DNA from: an uncultured delta proteobacterium
Lineage (GTDB): Bacteria > Desulfobacterota > Binatia > Binatales > Binataceae
DNA: 64,000 bases
Assembly (NCBI GenBank): GCA_963808235.1
Contig: CAWEEQ010000004.1
Location: 3,104,001 to 3,168,000, forward strand
Direction of reading: 5' to 3'
The notes beneath the pieces were generated by a model. It was not told the DNA's origin. It worked only from the letters and a program-made list of their open reading frames with translations, and did not search any database. A program made the translations under genes and the position numbers. Below, piece by piece: positions 31,293-43,334 of the stretch; the first letter of the stretch is position 1; every line of letters starts with the position of its first letter.

Positions 31293-31742
31293 CTAGGCTT
31301 TCCAGACCTGCGGCTTTTGACCCTCCCACATCGCGGGCTGAGTACCAAGTTCAACTCGCAGCGGATCTATATGAATTAGAGACAAGTCTTTCGAATCCGG
31401 TCCCGAAGGCCAAAACTCTCTGAGGTCGTATCCGAAGATCCGCAGATTCCACACGCGGATCTTTTCCTCAAGATCATCGACGAGTCGCGCTTTTCCAGTA
31501 ACCGTAAGATGAGTTATCGGGCGCTTGCTCCCGACTTCATAGAAAAGTTCGACTCTGGAATCGCGCGCGATCTGGAGCGCTTTCGGGGAGGTCGGCTTGG
31601 TCGCAATCCAGACAGCGCGGCCCTCGAACCCCGGAAACACCACTCGGACCTTGGGTTGGCCGTTGTCGGTCGTGGCCAGGTAAGCACGGTTCGAGTTCCG
31701 TGCCACCGCATGAACTCTCTCCCAGAATTCTGAATCGGCCAT
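31293..31742 (-). CDS. Pyridoxamine 5'-phosphate oxidase-like protein
   Basis: AYLATTDNGQPKVR, SPKALQI, VTGKARLVDD; start moved to ATG 31742. Confidence 0.82.
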   Translation of the reverse strand: MADSEFWERVHAVARNSNRAYLATTDNGQPKVRVVFPGFEGRAVWIATKPTSPKALQIARDSRVELFYEVGSKRPITHLTVTGKARLVDDLEEKIRVWNLRIFGYDLREFWPSGPDSKDLSLIHIDPLRVELGTQPAMWEGQKPQVWKA

Positions 31743-31746
31743 CGCG

Positions 31747-34083
31747 CTACTCTTCCGGCTCGACCGCCGGCTCCTCTGATTTGGTTTGCGGCGTATCGAA
31801 CATGGAAAGCTGAACCGGTTTGCCTTCGTCCTCATCGGCCGGCACGAACAGGCCGGGCTTATCGACAAAGATGCGAAATTTTTCGTACAGCTCGGCAAGC
31901 TTGGCCTGGTAGTAGTAAACATTTTCATCGGGATCGGCCGGATCGTACTCCGACGCCATCTTTGCGGCGGTATTCACGGTCGCGCTCGCTCTGCGCCCGG
32001 TCACGTAGTACGAAATCTGATCGCCGGGCAGATATGGGCGCTCAGCCTGGAGCGCGAGTTCGTACGCCGCCGCAAGATTGCGCCGGTTCTCGCCGATTTT
32101 GCTCCGATAGGTGTCGAGCGAGTCCTGCAGCGTCTCGGTCTTCATCAGGTCGGCGATTCCGATTTCATGGCGGGACAAGCGTTCGCGATAGTCGTCGTGA
32201 AGTTTCGCGATCTCACCGCGACGATCGTGCAGCAAATGCTGAAACATCTCTTCCATGAAACGGCGCTGAAAGCGCTCGAGTCCGCGCGATCGCAGTCCGG
32301 AGCCGCGAATCGTCATCTTGCCCGATTCGTCCATTAGCACGTAGTTCTTCATCTTGTAGGAGAACATCGCGGCGTATCGACCGTCGATTTCGAGCCGGAT
32401 TCCCTCAGTCATGATCGACGCCACCTGCTCCAGGAGCGCCTCGGCGCCGCGTTCGTCCGCCGCCGACGGTGGCGGCACGAAATAGATCCCGTCGGTATCG
32501 ACTTCGATCACCTGCGCACCGCCCGCTTCGAGTTCCGCTACCGCGCGCTGGATCAGATCGCGCCCGCGCCGGGTTACGTCGTTGGCCGCGCCGAAGTCAT
32601 TGAAATGACCGAGCGAAAATCCAAGATAGCCGTAAAACGAATTGATCAGAATCTTGAACGTCTGCTGGAGCGCCTCGGCATTGCGCCGCTCCACGCCCTT
32701 GAGTTCGCGCGCCAACGCCTTGGCCTGCACGCGAAAACTGCGCAAGTCGTTCAACATCTTGAGGAACACGCCCAGGCGATCTGCCGCGGGCGCGTGCTGA
32801 TACTGGAGCATCAGCGACGGATACAGCGAGGTAACGTCGCAGTGCAGAACACCGTGCGCGACGCCGCTCCGGCGCATCTCGGTATATCCGCCGGCGACCG
32901 GCGCCGGTTCCGACGGGGCGGGAATCGAGTGACCGGCGGCGAGATACGCACGCATCATGAGCGCGTCGATTTTGGTCGCGTTCCCGCGCAGCGCCGCACT
33001 CTGGTACGAGTACGGAAAAATCTGCGCTTGCACGAAGTAGCTGGGCGAGAGCGTTTCCGCGAGCCCGCGGGTTTCGCGAGCGTCGTCGAGTGCGTACTCG
33101 TACAGTTTTTCCGGCTCGTGTTCGAAATAGTGGCTGATCTTCGACGCGTCGATATAAACACGGCCCTTGCGCGCGAGCCCGAAATGCTGCGCGAGCTGCT
33201 TGAGCCCCAGGCTTTCGAGTTCGCGGCTGCCGATATCGTAGTGCTGCGCGAGAATCCAGGTGTCGATAATGCTGCGCCCGGGAATGTCGTAACGGCGATA
33301 CGCGATCGATCGTTCCGCGATCTGCATCCGCGATGGTCGCGCGCGAAGCTCGCCGCCGCCGCGCCCGAGTCCGAGCGTCACTCGACGCCGCCGTGCGCGC
33401 GCTTCCAGGTATTCGAGATCGAAGCGAAAAAAATTGTGCCCTTCGATCACATCAGGATCCCTTTCCGCAACGATGCGCACCATTTCTTCGAGCATCGCGC
33501 GCTCGTCCATCTCGGTGCCTTTGAGCAGTCGCTCGAAGCCGGTCGAGTCGGTGAGCGAAATCGCAATCACCCGATCGCCCTCGCGCGCCGCCGACGGAAA
33601 TTCAAAGCCCGGCGAGATGTAAGTCTCGATATCGAGTTGCAGGCGGCGCAGATCGCTGAAGTCCATCCCGATAAAAAAACTGGTTCCGGTCAGCATCAGG
33701 TGCTGCTCGACGGGATCGGCAAGGACGAAATACGGCGCGTCCGGAACGTTTACGGGTTTGCCCGTGACATTGCGCAGATGGCGCTTGCTGGCTTCCATAG
33801 CGTCGATCGAGTCGAACGTAACCAGAACGCCATAGCGAAAGCCGCCGGCAAGCTCGCGCGTCTGATGCGGCGCATTGAAGCCCGCCAGCAGCGCCGCGTC
33901 CTCGAGCAGTAGAAACAACTTCAGCGGACGACGCTCGCGGCTGAGCTTGCCGCCAATGCGCTTGTACACATCGATCTCGGTTCTCGATGCGATCTCGACT
34001 GCCACCACGCCCGGATCCGCGGGATCGCCGAAGAGCAGCCGGTTGCTGTAAAACTGCGCCGAAATTTCCTGGTAGGTAGTCAT
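31747..34083 (-). CDS. Family B DNA polymerase with 3'-5' exonuclease
   Basis: Exo DIET, GHNFFRFD, YALDD; Pol DVTSLYPS, KILINSFYGYLG, DTDG, KNY. Confidence 0.93.
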   Translation of the reverse strand: MTTYQEISAQFYSNRLLFGDPADPGVVAVEIASRTEIDVYKRIGGKLSRERRPLKLFLLLEDAALLAGFNAPHQTRELAGGFRYGVLVTFDSIDAMEASKRHLRNVTGKPVNVPDAPYFVLADPVEQHLMLTGTSFFIGMDFSDLRRLQLDIETYISPGFEFPSAAREGDRVIAISLTDSTGFERLLKGTEMDERAMLEEMVRIVAERDPDVIEGHNFFRFDLEYLEARARRRRVTLGLGRGGGELRARPSRMQIAERSIAYRRYDIPGRSIIDTWILAQHYDIGSRELESLGLKQLAQHFGLARKGRVYIDASKISHYFEHEPEKLYEYALDDARETRGLAETLSPSYFVQAQIFPYSYQSAALRGNATKIDALMMRAYLAAGHSIPAPSEPAPVAGGYTEMRRSGVAHGVLHCDVTSLYPSLMLQYQHAPAADRLGVFLKMLNDLRSFRVQAKALARELKGVERRNAEALQQTFKILINSFYGYLGFSLGHFNDFGAANDVTRRGRDLIQRAVAELEAGGAQVIEVDTDGIYFVPPPSAADERGAEALLEQVASIMTEGIRLEIDGRYAAMFSYKMKNYVLMDESGKMTIRGSGLRSRGLERFQRRFMEEMFQHLLHDRRGEIAKLHDDYRERLSRHEIGIADLMKTETLQDSLDTYRSKIGENRRNLAAAYELALQAERPYLPGDQISYYVTGRRASATVNTAAKMASEYDPADPDENVYYYQAKLAELYEKFRIFVDKPGLFVPADEDEGKPVQLSMFDTPQTKSEEPAVEPEE

Positions 34084-34174
34084 CGCCGCGCGCGCTCAAG
34101 ATTTTGCGATTGCCAATTTCACTGCATCTCGAGCCGCGCGTCAAACAACGCGTCACAGTGTCACACGCGAGATT

Positions 34175-35194
34175 TCAGAACGCGCCCAAACGCACGAGCC
34201 CGGCTATGAAGACCGCGTATGCCGCTCCGCCAATCGCGAGCGTCGGCGTTCCCAGCTTTGAGTCTCGCAGGTTGATGAAGAGAATCGCCGCCGACGCGAG
34301 CGCGATCGTCCCGGCCAGCAACTCGGGATTGGTCAAATGCCATGGTGAAAACGCGAGTCCAAGCGCGACTGGGATGCACGACTGGAAAACCATCGCACCG
34401 GTGATGTTGGCGAGCGCGAGGTGATCCTTGCCCTGCCGGATCCAGATTACCGAGTTGTATTTTTCCGGCAGCTCAGTCGCGAGCGGACTCAGCATCAGCG
34501 ACAGCACACCGGGATTCAGATGCGCGTGGGCGGAGAACACGATGATCTGATCGACGAACTCGATCGCGCCGACGAGTATCGCTCCCACTCCGACGACTAC
34601 CTGCGCGGCCGTCGTCCATACCCTCGGGCGTAGCGAATTTCCCCCGATGATCGCCTCGAAGTAGAGCCCGTGTTCCACGTGCGCGTCGGCCGCGCGCTTC
34701 AGGCGCAGCATCACCACGATGTAGCTGGCGTATACGATCAGAAGTGCGACGGCGATAAGATGGCGAACAAAAGGGTCCGTCTCGATCGTCCCTACGATCA
34801 CCAGCGCCAGAAAAACCGGAATGAAAAATGCCAGGTCGCGGCGCGCATCTTCGCGAACGACCTGAAGCGCAATCCTGCCCCGGCGTTTGCGAAACGCGAG
34901 CGCCGCCACCCCCATCACAAACAGCGCCACCGTCGAGAGCATCAGCGGCGCGCCGACTATCGCGCCGAGGCCCACCGCAGTGTGCGCCGACGGTGAGTCG
35001 CGCCCCGTCAGCAGTGCGACCGCCGGCACGAACGTCTCCGGCAACGCAGTCCCGACCGCCGCGAAAACGCTTCCGACCGCAGCCTCGGCGACGCCCAGCC
35101 GGTGCCCGGCCCATTCGACGCCGTTGGTGAAGAGCTCCGAGCCGGTAAGGATTATCGCGAAGCTAAGCGCGAGGATAAGCGCGTGTATTGCCAA
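34175..35194 (-). CDS. Sodium:calcium antiporter (CaCA family)
   Basis: Alpha repeats AVGTALPE and PLATELPE; multiple TM segments. Confidence 0.9.
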   Translation of the reverse strand: MAIHALILALSFAIILTGSELFTNGVEWAGHRLGVAEAAVGSVFAAVGTALPETFVPAVALLTGRDSPSAHTAVGLGAIVGAPLMLSTVALFVMGVAALAFRKRRGRIALQVVREDARRDLAFFIPVFLALVIVGTIETDPFVRHLIAVALLIVYASYIVVMLRLKRAADAHVEHGLYFEAIIGGNSLRPRVWTTAAQVVVGVGAILVGAIEFVDQIIVFSAHAHLNPGVLSLMLSPLATELPEKYNSVIWIRQGKDHLALANITGAMVFQSCIPVALGLAFSPWHLTNPELLAGTIALASAAILFINLRDSKLGTPTLAIGGAAYAVFIAGLVRLGAF

Positions 35195-35464
35195 AACTGC
35201 TCCGATGCCGGGTTCTGTGTGCTGCGAGGCTCTCTCTCATTAGCGAGGCCGCCGCTCGATTTCCAGCGCGTTTGCGCGCGCACCGCTCACAATCTCACTC
35301 GCGATGCAGCCAAACGGGCAAACGATGCGTATAATATCATTGATGGTGTTGGTTACGGTCGGAATTGTGGAGAATTGACCATCGAAAACTACAACTAGAA
35401 GCGACTGGCGATTCGTCAGTTGACTTGGATACAGGTGACCCCTAAACTGGATTCTTTGGCGTCC

Positions 35465-35500
35465 TTGCACTTGCCTTTGAAATCTCGTCTGTATAAATGA
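35465..35500 (+). promoter_or_regulatory. Possible sigma70 promoter of rpoD
   Basis: TTGCAC/TTGCCT and TGTATAAAT in AT-rich intergenic DNA about 90 nt upstream of the ATG; spacing not optimal. Confidence 0.35.
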
Positions 35501-35587
35501 GGCTACCTGACTCCCCGCTTGCGGTCGTAATTTCGGCCGGGTTGCGCGCACTCGATCAACGCCCTCGCAGGACGGAAGCTTAAACGA

Positions 35588-37351
<1,764 letters not shown>

Positions 37352-37369
37352 CCGCGCGCAATTTTCACC

Positions 37370-37598
37370 AATAGCCTCGCCCTGTCAGGGAGAGGCCGAC
37401 GCTCGTCTTCGAGCGGCCGGTGAGGGTCCAGGTTCCAAAATTTCTGCGCGCTCCATTTTTTCGTGTCATCCCGAGCGAAGCCGAGGGACCCCGAATCTTT
37501 CTCAACGCCGATCTCACCACACCATCCCTCGCACCCGGCGACACGCCAAATGTATCCCCTCCGGTCCGTTTTTTTGTGCTACGAAAGCGGTGAGGCTC
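37370..37598 (+). repeat. 229-bp direct repeat, copy 1 (composite REP-like element)
   Basis: Aligns end to end with 38078-38306. Confidence 0.92.
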
Positions 37599-37744
37599 TT
37601 TCCGTTCGACACGCGCTGAGCTTCAGCTCTTGCCGACTCCAACTCTCTCGAATTCCGCGCGCTCTGTCCTTTGCCAGGCAATCGTGGAGGAATGAGTGCC
37701 TTGCGTCCGCTAACGAAGGCCGCGACACCGACGAGAAAAAATTC

Positions 37745-38029
37745 ATGACCTTTACGAAGCGCCTTCGCGCGCCAATCATGCGCGGCGAAATCACCTGCAG
37801 TGTGCGGATTTGGCAATCGCCCCACGTCAAGGTCGGCGGACACTACATGCTGGGCGAGGGGTTCATCGAGGTGACCTCGATAAGGCGGATCACGATCGCC
37901 GATATCACCCCCGACCTCGCGAGACGCTCCGGATTTTCTGGAGTCATCGATCTTCTGAAAGTCGCCAAACACGGCCCCGGAGAAAACGTCTACCTGATCG
38001 ACTTCGAGTACCACGACCAAAGAACTTAA
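37745..38029 (+). CDS. ASCH/PUA-like domain protein
   Basis: F...IMRGEITCSVRIW..P.VKVGG, ITPDLARRSGF, VYLIDF. Confidence 0.75.
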   Translation: MTFTKRLRAPIMRGEITCSVRIWQSPHVKVGGHYMLGEGFIEVTSIRRITIADITPDLARRSGFSGVIDLLKVAKHGPGENVYLIDFEYHDQRT

Positions 38030-38077
38030 CCGCGAATTCAAAAGGACACTACCTAACAGCTGAGATGCATCCCTCGT

Positions 38078-38306
38078 AATAGCCTCGCCCTGACAGGGAG
38101 AGGCCGACGCTCGTCGTCGAGCGGCGGGTGAGGGTCCAAATCCCAAATTCCGCTCACTCCCATTTTTTCGTGTCATCCCGAGCGAAGCCGAGGGACCCCG
38201 AATCTTTCTCAGCGCCGATCTCACCACACCATCCCTCGCACCCGGCGACACGCCAACGTATCCCCTCCGGTCCGTCTTTTTTTGTGATACGAAATCGGTG
38301 AGGCTC
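38078..38306 (+). repeat. 229-bp direct repeat, copy 2
   Basis: Aligns end to end with 37370-37598. Confidence 0.92.
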
Positions 38307-38323
38307 ATCGCAAAGTTTTCAAA

Positions 38324-39706
38324 ATGACCGACCACCCCAACATCATCCTCATAATCGCCGACGACATGGGCTACGGCGACTTCGGATGCTTCAACCACGG
38401 CCTCTCCCGCACCCCGACCCTCGACCATCTCGTCAGCGAAGGCACCTGCCTGACCCAGCACTACTCCGCGTCGCCGGTATGCGCCCCCGCGCGCGCCTCC
38501 CTGATGACCGGCCGCTACCCGCATCGCACCGGCGTCATCGACACCCTCGAAACGCGCGGCCTCGATCGCCTTGCTCTCCGTGAGATAACGATCGCCGAAC
38601 TCCTGAAACGCGCCGGCTACGCAACGGGCCTCGTCGGCAAATGGCACAATGGCGCGTACGACCAGCGCTATCATCCGAACCGCCGCGGCTTCGACGAGTT
38701 CGCCGGTTTTTCCGGAGGATGGCAGCCCTACTACCAATGGAATCTCGATCGCAACGGCTCGATCTCGCGCGGCGACGGCCGCTACCTCACCGATGTATTC
38801 ACCGCCGAGGCGACCGAGTTCATCGATCGCCATCGCGCTGACAAATTCTTTCTCTATCTCGCCTACAACGCGCCCCACTTCCCGTTCGAAGCAATCGAGG
38901 CCGATGCTGCCCCGTACAAGGAGACCGGCAACTTCACGCTCGCGGTGAGCCAGATCTACGCGATGATCGAATGCATGGATCGCGGCGTCGCGCGCGTGCT
39001 CGAGGAACTCAAACGAGCCGGCCTCGCCGACAATACTTTGGTAATGTTCTCCAGCGACAACGGTCCCCAGTTCGGCGGCAAAGGCGACCTATGCACCGAT
39101 CGCTTCAACTGCGGTTTCGCCGGCGCGAAAACTTTGGTCTATGAGGGCGGCATCCGGCTCCCGATGGTTCTCCGCTGGCCCGCAGGCCTCGACGGCCGCC
39201 GCCAAATTCACGAAATGATCCACTTCACCGACTGGCTCCCGACGATCCTCGCACTGGCCGGCGTCGAACCTCCGCCCGATCTCAAGCTAGATGGAATAAA
39301 CGCGATAGCTTCTATACGCGGCGAGCGCGGCAAGGTGCCCGATCAACGCTTCTGGCAATGGAACCGCTATACCCCCGACGCCGAATGCAACGCCGCAATG
39401 CGCGACGGCCGATGGAAACTAGTCCGCCCCGCAATCCGCGAACTGATGCAGGTATCCAAGGAAGACCTCGCGATGGACATCCAGTCCAAGTACAACCCCG
39501 AAAAATTCCACGACATCCTCCGCACCCCCGCCCCACCCCGCATCAAACCCACCCCACCCCCCGCCCAACTCTTCGACATAACAACCGACCCCTCCGAACA
39601 AACCGATCTAGCCACAACAGACCCAGGTCACGTTTCGCGCATGACGAATGCCCTGGCCAGATGGTTCGAAGAAGTCGACCAAGACCGCCGCACAATCCAC
39701 GACTGA
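38324..39706 (+). CDS. Arylsulfatase (Cys-type, formylglycine-dependent)
   Basis: PNIILIIADDMG, CAPARASLMTGR, GKWH, APHFP, SDNG, YEGGIR. Confidence 0.94.
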   Translation: MTDHPNIILIIADDMGYGDFGCFNHGLSRTPTLDHLVSEGTCLTQHYSASPVCAPARASLMTGRYPHRTGVIDTLETRGLDRLALREITIAELLKRAGYATGLVGKWHNGAYDQRYHPNRRGFDEFAGFSGGWQPYYQWNLDRNGSISRGDGRYLTDVFTAEATEFIDRHRADKFFLYLAYNAPHFPFEAIEADAAPYKETGNFTLAVSQIYAMIECMDRGVARVLEELKRAGLADNTLVMFSSDNGPQFGGKGDLCTDRFNCGFAGAKTLVYEGGIRLPMVLRWPAGLDGRRQIHEMIHFTDWLPTILALAGVEPPPDLKLDGINAIASIRGERGKVPDQRFWQWNRYTPDAECNAAMRDGRWKLVRPAIRELMQVSKEDLAMDIQSKYNPEKFHDILRTPAPPRIKPTPPPAQLFDITTDPSEQTDLATTDPGHVSRMTNALARWFEEVDQDRRTIHD

Positions 39707-39715
39707 TTCATCCTA

Positions 39716-40335
39716 CCTTCCCCTTGTCCGAGGGGAGGTCGGAGCGCGCCAAAGGAGCGCTCCGGGAGAGGTGCAACGCCCGACAGCGCACACACGCCGA
39801 CTCGTCTAACCACTGTTCACTCGCTACAGGTGCCGCCAAGTCTGTCATCCTGACGAAGCGAACAACCCGAGCGGATGAAAGGACCTCAGCGTCCGCGCCC
39901 TCCTGTCATCCTGACCGAAGCTCGCAACGCGAGCGGAGCGGATCTGGCTTCTGGCCTCCGGACAGCGTCGCGCCAGCGCCGCCGGTTCCGGTTTCGAGTC
40001 GCCGCTTCCAACTCCTTGTGGCACTGCCTCCCAAGTGGCACGGGCGTCCCTGCCCGTGATTGACCCGCCCTCCTGTCATCCTGACCGAAGCGAGCGGCAA
40101 CGCTCGCGGAGAGGAACTGGCTTCTGGCCTCCGGACAGCGTCGCGCCAGCGCCGCCGGTTCCGGTTCCGAGTCGCCACATCCACCATTAGCAACCCTAAT
40201 CCCCCGGATCGCCACGAGAGTTCAGGGATGAACTGTTCAGCCTGATTCAAACCCAAATTCCGTGAGACCCTAACCCTGATGAACTACTCCCCGTGTCATT
40301 CTGAAGCGCAGCCGAAGAATCCCGGATCTTTCTCG
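39716..40335 (+). repeat. REP-like cluster including two ~110-bp direct repeats (39896-40003, 40066-40176)
   Basis: GTCATCCTGA starts at 39844, 39905, 40075; GTCATTCTGA at 40295; GTGGCACGGGCGTCCCTGCCCGTG at 40035. Confidence 0.85.
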
Positions 40336-40480
40336 ATGCCCACAACACCACGCCATGCGCGCACCGCCGACGCGCCCCGGCCGAAATCGATCCTCGCCCT
40401 CCGCTGGATTGAATTCATCCGCGATGGTCTGATTTAAGTGTCTGTCACAGGCACCTCCGCGCGGTCCTGATGGAGCGCAA

Positions 40481-42623
40481 ATGAACGAGCAAGTCACCCG
40501 CCAGATCCTCTGGAACGTCCCCGTTCCCTTCATCGTTCTGATGTACAGCCTGCTCGCGATGCTGATCGTCGGATGCGTCTACGCGTTCCTGAAATGGTAC
40601 CGCCTCGTGAGCCTCGGCGTCTCGGAAAATCGCCTCGACCATCCTGTCCAGCGCCTGGTCCTCGCGATGCGCGATTCGTTCGGCCAGGGCAACGTGATTC
40701 GCGAGACCTGGGGATGGATGCACTACGCATTCTACGTCGCGTTCGTCGGACTGTTCATCGGCACGACCATCGTTCTGATCAACAGCGACTTGCGCGATCT
40801 GTTCGCCCTGTTCGGACTCGATTTCTACTTCTACTACGGCGATTTCTATCTCTACTTCAAAGCCGCGATGGACACCTTCTTCCTGCTCCTGATCCTCGGC
40901 GTCCTGATGGAAGGTGCGCGCCGCGCAGTCCGCAAGCCGACCGTGCTCAACGATCCGCCCGCCGAAAAAGTGAATGACAACCTCGAGAACCGCCTCGGCT
41001 ACTGGTTCCCGATGTCGATGATGGTGCTGGCCGCGCTCACCGGCCTGATGCTCGAGGGCGCGCGCATCAACGCCGCGCATCCCGCATTTACCGAATGGGC
41101 CTACGTCGGGCGAGTCGTCGGCCGCATCGAAGGCGGCCTCGGCGCCGGCGTCACCTATCATCGATGGCTCTGGCTGACCCACGTGCTGCTGGTGTTCGTG
41201 CTGCTCTTCTGTTTCCCGTTCACCAAGCTGCGCCATCTGATCTTCGGCCCATTGAATCTATTCTTCCGCAACATGGGCCCGCGCGGCCGCCTCGCCCCAA
41301 TCAAGGATTTCGAAAACGCCGAAACCTTCGGCGTCTCGCAAGTCGAGCAGTACACATGGAAACAACTGCTCGACATGGGCTCGTGCCTCGAGTGCGGCCG
41401 ATGCACCATCAACTGCCCGACCGTCGCCACCGGCAAGACCCTCAACCCGAAATATCTCGTGATCGAACAGCGCGAACACCTGCTGGCTAAAGCTCCCTTC
41501 CTGCTCGCCGCAAAAGCAAACGGCAAGAGTCGGCAAGGCGACGAAAATCAGGAAAATGGCAAAAACCGGCAAGGCGCGGAGGCTCCCGCCTGGGACGGTC
41601 CCGACATGATCACGCAGGTCGCGACCGAGGAAGCAGTGTGGGCGTGCACGTCGTGCGGATGGTGCGAAGAAGGATGCCCGGTCGGCATCGAGCACATCCA
41701 GCGAATCGTCGACATGCGGCGCTACGACGTTCTGATGGAATCGCGATTCCCGACTCAGATCACCGGCGCATTCAAAGGAATCGAGAACCAGGGAAATCCG
41801 TGGGGACTCGCGCAGGAAAAGCGCGCCGAGTGGGCCGCCGGCATGGAGATCGCCGGAGATCGCGGCGCTCGACGATCCGTCAGATATCGACGTGCTGTAC
41901 TGGGTGGGATGCGCCGGCTCTTACGACGAGCGCAATCAGCGCGTCAGCAAGTCATTCGCAGGCCTGATGAAACAGGCCGGGGTCAAGTTTGCGATCCTCG
42001 GCCGCGAGGAAACCTGCACCGGCGACCCGGCGCGCCGGCTCGGCAACGAATACTTGTATGCGACCGTCGCCGCGCAAAACGTCGAGACCCTCAACAAGTA
42101 CAAGCCGCGCCGAATAGTCACTCAATGTCCGCATTGTTTTCACAATTTGAAAAACGAGTACCCGGACTTCGGCGGAAACTATACCGTTCTGCACGAGGCG
42201 GAATTTATCGACGAGCTGATCCAGGCCGGACGCCTGAAACCTCGCGGCGAGATAAGCGAGCGGATCACCTATCACGACCCGTGCTACATGGCGCGGCACA
42301 ATCGCAAATGGGACAGCGCACGCAGCGCGCTCAACGCGATTCCGGGCACCGAAGTCGCCGAGGTCGAGCAGTCGAAGAACCGCACCTTCTGCTGCGGCGC
42401 CGGCGGCGGATGCTTCTGGAAGGAAGAGCACGAGGGCACCCGGATCAATCAGAAGCGTTTCGATCAATTGAACGAGGCCAAGCCCAAGTGCGTCGCGGTC
42501 GGATGCCCATTCTGCATGACGATGATGGAAGACGCGGTGAAATCGCGCTCGCTCGAGGAAACCATGCGAGTCCGCGATCTCGCGGAACTAGTCGCCGAAT
42601 CGACCGGCGCGAACACGAAATGA
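40481..42623 (+). CDS. Membrane Fe-S oxidoreductase (FadF/HdrED-like, CCG domains), frameshift near 41855
   Basis: NarI-like TM part with KLRH; CLECGRCTINCP, CTSCGWCEEGCP; CTGD, CPHC, YHDPCY, CCGAGGG, CPFC. Confidence 0.92.
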
Positions 42624-42640
42624 TCGAGCCCGTGATAACT

Positions 42641-43300
42641 TCAAATTTGTTTGCCCCAGGAATCCAGATACGTGAGCTGCTCGATCGGACGGCGGATGAG
42701 CGGGCCGTGGCCGCGCCCGACCGGATATCCGATCGGAATCGCCGCCGCGGTATACCAGGGATCCGGGATTGCGAGCAGGCGGCGCACTTCGGGCTCGGAT
42801 TCGCACAGAAGCGTCGTGAGCACGCATCCGAGACCTTCGGCGCGGCACGCGAGCAAAAGATTCTCGACCGCGGTGTAAACCGATCCGCCGCCGACCACCG
42901 ATACTCGATCCTGCTTCGCGTCGGTGATTGCCATGTTCTTCGGATTGAAGCAGAAGACTGCGACCACCGGCGACTCGCCGAAGTGCGCCGCGAGATAGTC
43001 GCCGGCCGCAAGCGTCCGCTCGGCGCGCGCGCGAACTTCCTGCGCAACGCTGGCCGGTATCTGGGTGCGATATTGCTTCGAGTACGCCGCCCACCTTTCG
43101 GCGTAGAGCTTGCCCAGCGGTTCTTTGAGCGCGCGATCTTTTACCACCACAATTCGCCACGGCTGCACGTTGCCTCCGGTCGGGGCCCAGGTAGCCGCTT
43201 CGAGCACGCGGCGTAGCACATCGGCCGGTATCGGGTCGGGCCGCAACCGCCGGACCGCGCGCAACGTGCGCATCGTTTCGTAAATTCCCATTTCCGCCAT
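42641..43300 (-). CDS. Nitroreductase family protein
   Basis: RAVRRL, WAPTGGNVQPW, AVENLLLACRAEGLG, IPIGYP. Confidence 0.92.
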   Translation of the reverse strand: MAEMGIYETMRTLRAVRRLRPDPIPADVLRRVLEAATWAPTGGNVQPWRIVVVKDRALKEPLGKLYAERWAAYSKQYRTQIPASVAQEVRARAERTLAAGDYLAAHFGESPVVAVFCFNPKNMAITDAKQDRVSVVGGGSVYTAVENLLLACRAEGLGCVLTTLLCESEPEVRRLLAIPDPWYTAAAIPIGYPVGRGHGPLIRRPIEQLTYLDSWGKQI

Positions 43301-43334
43301 GGTTGATTCTCCTATCGTCAAAGATAGATCTCGA

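Noticed and set aside
37370-38306. Integron attC cassette array or composite transposon
   Set aside because: No attC RYYYAAC/GTTRRRY ends recognised, and no integrase, transposase or terminal inverted repeats
40481-43216. 911-aa protein as given in the ORF track
   Set aside because: Frameshift near 41855; the real C-terminus is ORF 41892..42623 and the remainder is antisense to the nitroreductase
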